A stretch of 63,356 bases of DNA, the filler included, from Thermodesulfobacteriota bacterium (lineage in GTDB: Bacteria > DASVDK01): assembly GCA_036381125.1 (NCBI GenBank). It is 6 parts of 6 records of this genome, joined end to end, with 100 filler letters (N's around TTAATTAATTAA, not from the genome) between each part and the next. Parts side by side here need not be neighbours in the genome. Positions count along the whole stretch, not along the records: positions 54,771 to 60,331 come from DASVDK010000334.1; positions 60,432 to 63,356 come from DASVDK010000347.1; 4 more parts are not named here. One strand, 5' to 3'. A program made the translations under genes and the position numbers. A model generated the notes under the pieces. That model was not told where the DNA came from. It did no database searches and was given only the letters and a program-made list of their open reading frames with translations. The first letter of the stretch is position 1. The number at the start of each line of letters is the position of its first letter. Shown in pieces: positions 56,777 through 63,356 of this stretch.

Positions 56777-57631
56777 GTGAGCATCGCCGTCCGACGCCGC
56801 TTCGCCGCACTGGCGGCGCGTCCCGACGCGGAGATCGATCTCGTCGAGGCGGCGCTCCTGGTCGCCGCCGAAGAGTACACGGACCTCGACGTCCGCCACT
56901 ACCGTCGAGTCCTCGACCGGCTCTGCGACGGCGCCCGCATGCGCGTCGGCGAGGCGGCGATCGGCGCACGCGGCGGGCTCGGGCCCTGCGAGGTCGTCGG
57001 CGCCCTCAACCGGTACCTCTTCGAGGAGTGCGGCTTTCGCGGCAACCGCGAGGCCTACTACGACCCGCGCAACTCCTTCCTGAACGAGGTCCTCGACCGC
57101 CGTCTCGGCATCCCCATCAGCCTCTCGCTGGTCTATATCGAGGTGGGGCGCCGGGCGGGGCTTCCGCTGGTCGGCATCGGCTTCCCGGGACACTTCCTCG
57201 TCGGCTGCGACGCGCCCGAGGGTCGGCTCCTCATCGACCCCTTCGACGGCGGCAAGCTCCTCACCGAGTTCGACTGCATCGCCATCCTCACGCGCCTGCA
57301 CGGCCGGCCGGTCCCGCTCGCCCGCCACTACCTCGCGCCGATCGGGCCGCGCGCCTTCCTCGTCCGGATGCTGGCCAACCTCAAGTCGATCTACCTCGAG
57401 CGCGAGGACTACTGCCGCGCCCTCGCGGCGGCCGAGCGCATCCTCCTGCTCACGCCCGACGCCGCGGAGGAGCGGCGCGACCGCGGTCTCATCCACCTCA
57501 AGCTCCAGGCCTTCTCCCTCGCAGCCTCGGATCTCGAGGCTTATCTCCAGGCTCGCCGCGAGGCGCAGGACCGCGACCAGGTCACCCGATACCTCACGAC
57601 CGTCCGGCAGATCCTGGCCCGCCTGAATTAG
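56777..57631 (+). CDS. SirB1/YchA transglutaminase-like protein with TPR
   Basis: GFRGNREAYYDPRNSFL, GIPISL, FPGHFL, IDPF, ERRDRG. Confidence 0.9.
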   Translation: MSIAVRRRFAALAARPDAEIDLVEAALLVAAEEYTDLDVRHYRRVLDRLCDGARMRVGEAAIGARGGLGPCEVVGALNRYLFEECGFRGNREAYYDPRNSFLNEVLDRRLGIPISLSLVYIEVGRRAGLPLVGIGFPGHFLVGCDAPEGRLLIDPFDGGKLLTEFDCIAILTRLHGRPVPLARHYLAPIGPRAFLVRMLANLKSIYLEREDYCRALAAAERILLLTPDAAEERRDRGLIHLKLQAFSLAASDLEAYLQARREAQDRDQVTRYLTTVRQILARLN

Positions 57632-57836
57632 CGAGCCGCGGCGCGCACCTGCGCCGGCCGGTCCCTCGTCGGAGCGGCAACCGCCTTCTCCTTGTAAATC
57701 GCCCACTTGGCGGTAGCATTTCCCTGCCGGACTGCTCATTCGAGCCCTATGGCGCGAGGCGTCGGTCCGGATTGCGACGAACGAGCTGACCGCCCGGGGA
57801 TCGGGCGGCCGTGTACAGACACGAGAAAGGCACGCG

Positions 57837-58487
57837 ATGGCAGACAAGGCGCAGGCGAACGGGCACGAGGCGAGCGTCAAGCCGGAGTTCGTGGTGAACC
57901 TCCGCGGGAAGGAGTTCGTCCTCTACGCGGGCGTGCTCGACCTGGCACACCAGAAGGGGATTCGCCGGCTGGAGACCGAGGTGGTGCAGCTCCCCTCGGA
58001 CCAGAACGGCCGGGAGTGCGTGGTCAGGGCGACGCTCGAGCTCGAGGGGGGCCGGATCTTCACCGACTACGGCGACGCCAACCCGACGAACGTCAATCGC
58101 CCGATCGCGCAGCACCTCATCCGGATGGCGAGCACCCGCGCGAAGGCGCGCGTGCTGCGCGACGCGACCAACATCGGCCTCACGGCACTCGAGGAACTGG
58201 GCAGCCTCGAGGACGACGAGCCGGCGAGCCCGCCCCTCCCCCGGGCAGCCCAGGCGGAGGGTGCGCGGCCGAGCCGTGAGCCGCGCGGCACGCGCGGCGG
58301 CGCCGACTCGCCGCGGGGGATCGCCGTCACCGACGCGCAGCTCAGGGCCATCCGGTCGATCGCGCGATCGAAGGGCATGACGCCGCAGGCGGTGGAGGAC
58401 TTCGCCCGGCGCCAGTTCAACGCGCCGCTCGAGTCGCTCAACATCGACGAGGCCTCGCACATCATCAAGGAGCTGCAGCGTGTATAG
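57837..58487 (+). CDS. putative Rad52/Sak-like single-strand annealing protein
   Basis: GKEFVLYAG..VVRA..GDA..RMASTRAKARVLR core, Pro/Ala linker, helical TDAQLRAI..EASHII tail; family assignment is an inference. Confidence 0.6.
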   Translation: MADKAQANGHEASVKPEFVVNLRGKEFVLYAGVLDLAHQKGIRRLETEVVQLPSDQNGRECVVRATLELEGGRIFTDYGDANPTNVNRPIAQHLIRMASTRAKARVLRDATNIGLTALEELGSLEDDEPASPPLPRAAQAEGARPSREPRGTRGGADSPRGIAVTDAQLRAIRSIARSKGMTPQAVEDFARRQFNAPLESLNIDEASHIIKELQRV

Positions 58488-58929
58488 TACGGGTCGCGAG
58501 GCGGAGGGGGGCGGCGCCCCCCTCCGGCCGCGCCTCACGAAGCGGGCGCGCGCGCTCGCGGCCTGGGACGCGGGCGAGCGCGACATCGTGCGCATCGCCC
58601 GCGAGGTCGAGAGCCGGCCGTCCTACGTGGCGCGCGTCCTCGCCGACACGGGCCGCCTCACCGGCTACTACGACCTCTACAGCCGCACCGGCACGCCGGT
58701 GAACGTCTACGGCGAGCGGTTCGCCGGCGTCCTCGCCTTCCGCGACGCCGAGGCGGCGCGCGCGTCGGTCGAGCGGATCGACCGGCTCTACCACGAGTAC
58801 GAGGCGGCCGGGGACCGCGCGGGCCAGCACCACGCCCAGGTCGTCGCCCTCGTCGGCCGCAATCGCGCCCGCTGGGCCGACAAGCCGGAGGCCGCGGCCG
58901 TCTTCCACCACTGGCTCATGACGCACTGA
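58480..58929 (+). CDS. hypothetical protein with N-terminal HTH-like segment
   Basis: overlaps the upstream stop by 8 nt; DIVRIAREVESRPSYVARVL. Confidence 0.65.
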   Translation: MYSTGREAEGGGAPLRPRLTKRARALAAWDAGERDIVRIAREVESRPSYVARVLADTGRLTGYYDLYSRTGTPVNVYGERFAGVLAFRDAEAARASVERIDRLYHEYEAAGDRAGQHHAQVVALVGRNRARWADKPEAAAVFHHWLMTH

Positions 58930-58939
58930 CAGCCTTGGA

Positions 58940-59095
58940 GTCAGGAGGGGGACTCCGGGCCGGCATCCGCCGGCCCTCCGCCCCCCTCCTGACCACCTCC
59001 CCGTTACGTCACTCGCTCCGGGCGGAGTGAATCCGCCCTCCGCTCCAGACGGCCCCCCGGTGTCTCCGTCACCGGCCCTCCGCCCCCCTCCTGAC
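58940..59095. repeat. REP-like cluster: two identical 24-bp direct repeats plus a degenerate inverted copy
   Basis: ccggccctccgcccccctcctgac at 58970-58993 and 59072-59095; inverted gtcaggaggggg...gggccgg at 58940-58963. Confidence 0.85.
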
Positions 59096-59182
59096 ACGTC
59101 GCCAGCGGGCACGGCGACTCGCGCCGCGAGAGCGGCGCAACCTCCCCGGCATGTCGATCGCTCCGGCCGGGCGAAGCCGGCC
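59079..59182 (-). repeat. dispersed ~100-bp intergenic repeat, second copy
   Basis: reverse complement aligns with 46281-46383. Confidence 0.75.
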
Positions 59183-59205
59183 TCCGATTCGGAGGGAGCC
59201 GCGTC

Positions 59206-60261
59206 TCAATCGGGATCGGGTATGACGTCGGGCGGGAGGGCGAGGAAGGCGTCGACGACGCGCGGGTCGAACTCGGTGCCGGCGGCCGCGCGCAGGGCGG
59301 CGCGGGCCGTGGCAGGGTCGAGGCGCGTGGCGCCGCGGCGGCCGGCGGTGAGCCGGTCGTAGGCGGCCGCCACGGCGAAGATGCGGGCCCCGAGCGGGAT
59401 CGCCTCCCCCTCGAGCCCTCGGGGATGGCCGCTCCCGTCGTATCGCTCGGCCTGCGAGAAGACGATTGCCGCGGCCGGCCGGAGGAACGCGATCCGCGAG
59501 AGCAGCTCGTAGCCCTTGCGCGGGCTCTCGCGGATGAGCGCCGCCTCCTCCGGCGTGTGGTCCGAGCGGGCGAGGATGCCGTCCGGGATCGCGATGGTGC
59601 CGATGTCGTGCAGCAGGGCGGCCCGCCCGAGCGCGTCGAGCTCCGCCTCGGCGAGTCCCATCTCCCTGCCGATCGCCAGCGCGATGGCCGCCACCCGATC
59701 GGCGTGGTGCGGCGAGGAGCTGTCGCGGTAGGAGAGCGCGGCGCCGAGCGCCTTGAGCGTCGCGTCGTAGGTGGCCCGGATCTCGGCGAGCGCCCTGGCG
59801 TGCGCGCGCGTCTGGGCCTCCACCATCGCCTCCAGGCGCTCCCGGTAGGCGCGGTTCTGCACGACGACCTGCCGCCGGTCGAGCGCCCGACGGACGGCGA
59901 ACGAGACCTGGTCGAGGTTGAACGGCTTGAGGATGTAGTCCGCCGCGCCGGCCTTGAGCGCGTCGACGGCCGTCTGGAGGGTGGCGACCGCCGTGATCAT
60001 GATGACGGCGAGGTCGGGGTCGAACCCGCGCGCCCAGTCGAGCAGCTCGAGCCCCGTCTCGTGCGGCATCTGGATGTCGGCCAGCAGCGCCTCGGCCCCC
60101 CGGCGCTCGAGCAGCGCCCGCGCCTCGGACGCGCTCGACGCGCTCGCCACGTCGTAGCCCTCCCGGGTGAGGCGGCGCTGGAGGATGTCGAGGATGACCG
60201 GCTCGTCGTCCACGACGACGAGCCGGGCGCGTGGCTCGGGGGTCTGCGACGGGCTGGGCAA
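59206..60261 (-). CDS. response regulator with degenerate HD-GYP domain
   Basis: receiver VVDD/ADIQMP/KPF; LLHDIGT, SQAERYDGSGHP. Confidence 0.88.
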   Translation of the reverse strand: MPSPSQTPEPRARLVVVDDEPVILDILQRRLTREGYDVASASSASEARALLERRGAEALLADIQMPHETGLELLDWARGFDPDLAVIMITAVATLQTAVDALKAGAADYILKPFNLDQVSFAVRRALDRRQVVVQNRAYRERLEAMVEAQTRAHARALAEIRATYDATLKALGAALSYRDSSSPHHADRVAAIALAIGREMGLAEAELDALGRAALLHDIGTIAIPDGILARSDHTPEEAALIRESPRKGYELLSRIAFLRPAAAIVFSQAERYDGSGHPRGLEGEAIPLGARIFAVAAAYDRLTAGRRGATRLDPATARAALRAAAGTEFDPRVVDAFLALPPDVIPDPD

Positions 60262-60331
60262 TGCGCGACGAGCCTCCTCACCCGGCCCCTGCTCGGGACG
60301 CGGGAAGAGGAGTTCTACTGCCGGGCCGCGT

Positions 60332-60431
60332 NNNNNNNNNNNNNNNNNNNNNNNNNNNNNNNNNNNNNNNNNNNNTTAATTAATTAANNNNNNNNNNNNN
60401 NNNNNNNNNNNNNNNNNNNNNNNNNNNNNNN
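60332..60431. other. artificial contig linker
   Basis: N44-TTAATTAATTAA-N44. Confidence 0.99.
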
Positions 60432-60468
60432 TCCGCCGCCGACGCTTCCAGCGCCGTAGTGTCAGGTC

Positions 60469-62001
60469 ATGCCCGCGAACCAGCCGCCGTCGCTCCATGG
60501 CCACGACCTCTTCGCCGAGAACCGCCCGCTCGCGGAGGCGCTGGAGCGCGAGGGCGGCGGGCCTGCCGCGGCGCGCTGTTCGGCGTTCGGCCGCGAGCTG
60601 AGCGGCGAGCCGCTCGAGTGGGGAAGGCTCGCGAACGAGCACCCGCCGCAGTTGCGCACCCACGACCGGTTCGGCGAGCGGATCGACGAGGTGGAGTTCC
60701 ATCCGGCGTGGCACGAGCTGATGCGGCTCTCACGCGCGCACGGCGCGCAAGCCGACGACTCCGAGGTGGTGCGCTCCGTCCTCTTCTATCTCGCCTCACA
60801 GGTGGAGGCCGGGCACGGCTGCCCGCTCTCGATGACGCACGCGGCGATCCCCCTGGTGCCGGCGTGGGAGGCGGGCCTGCGCTCCCGCGGCTACGAGCCG
60901 GAGCTGAGGCCGCTCGGCGCGAAGAAGGCGCTCGCGTTCGGGATGTCGATGACCGAGCGGCAGGGCGGGTCGGACGTGCGGCAGAACACGACGACCGCGC
61001 GGCCCGGCGACGGCGGCTGGGTCCTCGACGGGAGCAAGTGGTTCTGCTCGGCGCCCATGTCCGACGGCTTCCTCGTCCTGGCCCAGGCGCCGGCGGGGCT
61101 GTCCTGCTTCCTCGTGCCGCGGGTGCTCGAGGACGGGACACGCAACGGCTTCCGGATCGAGCGGCTGAAGGACAAGCTCGGCGACCGCTCCAACGCCTCC
61201 GCCGAGATCGAGCTCGCCGGCGCCCGCGCCGAGCTCGTCGGCGAGGAGGGCCGGGGCGTCCGGACGATCGTGCGCATGGTCGTCGCGACGCGGCTCGACT
61301 GCGTGCTCGGCGCCGCCGCCGGGATGCGCCAGGCCGTCGAGCAGGCGACCCACCACGCCGTCCACCGCGTCGCCTTCGGGAAGCTGCTCGTCCAGCAGCC
61401 GCTGATGCAGAACGTCCTCGCCGACCTCTGCCTCGAGTCGGAGGCGGCGACCGCGATCGCCCTGCGCCTGGCCGGCGCCGCCGAGCGCGGCGAGACCGCC
61501 TTCGCCCGGATCGCGACGCCGATCGCGAAATACTGGGTCTGCAAGCGCGGCCCCGGCCACGCGGCGGAGGCACTCGAGTGCCTCGGCGGCAACGGCTACG
61601 TCGAGGAGTCCGGGCTGCCGCGGGTCTACCGGCAGCAGCCGCTGCTCTCGATCTGGGAGGGCTCGGGCAACGTCGTCTGCCTCGACGTCCTGCGGGCGCT
61701 CGAGCGGGAGCCCGAGTCGGCCGAGGCGCTTCGGGCCGAGATCGCCCTGGCCCACGACCGGGACCTGGACGCGGCGGCCGAGGCGGCGCTCGCCGAGCGG
61801 GAGGAGCGCGGGGCGCGGCGGCTCGTCGAGCGGCTCGCCGTCTGCCTGCAGGCGTCGCTCCTCCTCCGGCACGCGCCGGCCCCGGTCGCGGACGCCTTCC
61901 TCGCCGCGCGGGTCGACGCAGCCGGGCACGCGTACGGCACACTGCCCCGAGGGACGGATGCCGCCGCGATCGTCGCCCGGCATCATCCGGTTTCCCGCTA
62001 A
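60469..62001 (+). CDS. aidB: AidB-like acyl-CoA dehydrogenase
   Basis: NQPP, EFHPAWH, GHGCPLSMT, MTERQGGSDV, KWFCSAP, SIWEGSGNV. Confidence 0.88.
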   Translation: MPANQPPSLHGHDLFAENRPLAEALEREGGGPAAARCSAFGRELSGEPLEWGRLANEHPPQLRTHDRFGERIDEVEFHPAWHELMRLSRAHGAQADDSEVVRSVLFYLASQVEAGHGCPLSMTHAAIPLVPAWEAGLRSRGYEPELRPLGAKKALAFGMSMTERQGGSDVRQNTTTARPGDGGWVLDGSKWFCSAPMSDGFLVLAQAPAGLSCFLVPRVLEDGTRNGFRIERLKDKLGDRSNASAEIELAGARAELVGEEGRGVRTIVRMVVATRLDCVLGAAAGMRQAVEQATHHAVHRVAFGKLLVQQPLMQNVLADLCLESEAATAIALRLAGAAERGETAFARIATPIAKYWVCKRGPGHAAEALECLGGNGYVEESGLPRVYRQQPLLSIWEGSGNVVCLDVLRALEREPESAEALRAEIALAHDRDLDAAAEAALAEREERGARRLVERLAVCLQASLLLRHAPAPVADAFLAARVDAAGHAYGTLPRGTDAAAIVARHHPVSR

Positions 62002-62035
62002 CGAAACGGGAAGGGTTACGTCTGATTCCGTAACG

Positions 62036-62485
62036 ATGTTGAGGCTCGTTCCATCCGGTGACTGCATGGAGGCCCGCGAGGCGGTCTCGGCGCGCCTGGA
62101 CGGCGAGCTCACGGAGCTCGACGCCGTCCGGCTCGAGGGGCACCTGCGCGCCTGCGCCGATTGCCGTGATTTCGCGGCCGAGGCCGGGTCCGCGGCCCTC
62201 CTCCTGCGGGAGGCGCCGCTGGAGCAGCCGGCCGTCCGGATCTGGGCCGAGCCGGCCCGGCCGCGCCGCCGTCTCGGGCTCGCCGGCGGCATGGCCGCCG
62301 CCGCGGCCGTGATCGTGGCCGCCGCCGCGCCCTCGTTCCTGCTCGGCCGCACGCTCGGCCACCAGCCGGAGGCCCGCACGGCCACCGGCTCGGCCTCCGA
62401 GCCCTCCCGCCCGACCGTCGACCCGGCTCTGCTCGCGCTGCTCCGCGGCCAGCAGAACCAGGGCGGCCGCATCATCCACGTGTAG
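62036..62485 (+). CDS. zf-HC2 (ZAS) anti-sigma factor with TM helix
   Basis: C..AREAVSARLDGEL..HLRACADC (HxxxCxxC), followed by a hydrophobic segment. Confidence 0.82.
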   Translation: MLRLVPSGDCMEAREAVSARLDGELTELDAVRLEGHLRACADCRDFAAEAGSAALLLREAPLEQPAVRIWAEPARPRRRLGLAGGMAAAAAVIVAAAAPSFLLGRTLGHQPEARTATGSASEPSRPTVDPALLALLRGQQNQGGRIIHV

Positions 62486-62627
62486 CGGCCCCTAGCGGGT
62501 TTACGCGTTGCTAACTAAGCTTTCGCGCCGTCGTCCTACACGTACACGGAACGCCCCGGGCGTGGGAGCTGAGCAGGCGCCGCCGTAGGGACGAAATCTC
62601 CCGGCGCACATCAAACGGAGGGAATCG

Positions 62628-63356
62628 ATGCACAGACGGCTATGGCTTGTCGCGGGGGTGGCGGTCGCGCTGCTCGCCGTGGGAGCCACCGCGAGCGCGA
62701 CGACGACGTCGTCCAGCTCGGCCAAGCTTGCGGCTGCGCCCTTTGCGCAGGCCTGGGCAAACGTGCCGCGGACGACCGAGGCCCGCAAGGCCAAGAGCGT
62801 CCTCGTGTTCGGGATGGAGCAGGACGTCTCGGGCTTCAACACCGGCGAGGAGTCGCAGAACGCCTACTGGGCGGCTCTGACCGGGAACACGCCCGTCCTG
62901 CGCGGGAACTACATCATCGACGACAAGGGCAACTACCACCTCGACCTCGCGACGAAGGTGACCGCCACGAAGACGTCGCTGACGATCAACATCCGCCCCG
63001 ACGCGTACTGGAACTGGATCGGGCACAAGAAGGCGCCGGTCACGTACAAGGACTACGTCTACACGTGGAAGGCGATCATCGACCCGAAGCACACGCCGGC
63101 GTCCACGACCGGGTACGACCAGATCACCGGCTTCACCCACAAGGGCCTCAAGCAGGTCACGTTCAAGTGGAAGAAGCCGTTCGCGGACTACCAGGACCTC
63201 TTCGGGCTCATCTATCCGTCGGCGGCCGTGGCCGGTCTCGACTGGAACACGATGTGGTCGGACTGCGTCTGCGGTAACGACGGCAAGCCCGTCTCCGACG
63301 GCCCCTTCTATCTCTCCAACTACACGAAGGGCCAGGGCCTGACCCTGAAGCCGAAC
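62628..63356 (+). CDS. family-5 peptide ABC substrate-binding protein, runs off the window end
   Basis: GGAGG RBS; MHRRLWLVAGVAVALLAVG signal peptide; FGMEQD, VTYKDYVYTW, PVSDGPF; absent from the ORF track because it has no stop. Confidence 0.82.
   Translation, partial: MHRRLWLVAGVAVALLAVGATASATTTSSSSAKLAAAPFAQAWANVPRTTEARKAKSVLVFGMEQDVSGFNTGEESQNAYWAALTGNTPVLRGNYIIDDKGNYHLDLATKVTATKTSLTINIRPDAYWNWIGHKKAPVTYKDYVYTWKAIIDPKHTPASTTGYDQITGFTHKGLKQVTFKWKKPFADYQDLFGLIYPSAAVAGLDWNTMWSDCVCGNDGKPVSDGPFYLSNYTKGQGLTLKPN

Noticed and set aside
58970-59095. mini CRISPR array (24-bp direct repeats)
   Set aside because: Only two copies 78 bp apart, an inverted copy nearby, no leader or cas genes; REP-like instead

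Overview
This window is not one locus. It holds six very GC-rich bacterial contigs joined by artificial 100-nt linkers (44 N + TTAATTAATTAA + 44 N): A 1-11460, B 11561-13814, C 13915-41488, D 41589-54670, E 54771-60331, F 60432-63356. Contig A is a minus-strand run trpB-trpA-MBL phosphodiesterase-accD-folC-lptD-DegT-cupin-rmlCBDA-manC, typical of a diderm, deltaproteobacteria-like genome. B carries two HtrA-like proteases and a pseudo-receiver LuxR regulator. C has two peptide ABC systems separated by a repeat-flanked DUF433/DUF5615 toxin-antitoxin cassette, then amidase-PuuD-PotDABC, surE, thrB and other housekeeping genes. D has holB, rlpA, an HD-GYP regulator, ffh-rpsP-rimM-trmD-rplS-(YhaN-like ATPase)-rnhB-yraN, a CGNR/VOC/PNPOx module and pfk. 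E has tRNA-Arg(UCU), SirB1, a Rad52-like gene pair and a degenerate HD-GYP. F has an AidB-like dehydrogenase, an orphan anti-sigma factor and an ABC binding protein. The best novelty candidate is an unannotated unit between surE and thrB: a promoter, a ~240-nt multi-hairpin RNA with a possible kissing loop, a maximal Shine-Dalgarno and a 25-aa Lys-rich histone-like microprotein. Other leads are a palindromic operator for the CGNR regulator, the att-like duplication around the TA cassette, a ~100-bp dispersed repeat shared by contigs D and E, and a probable CTG start for trpA. All family calls come from recognising motifs by eye; no database searches were run.
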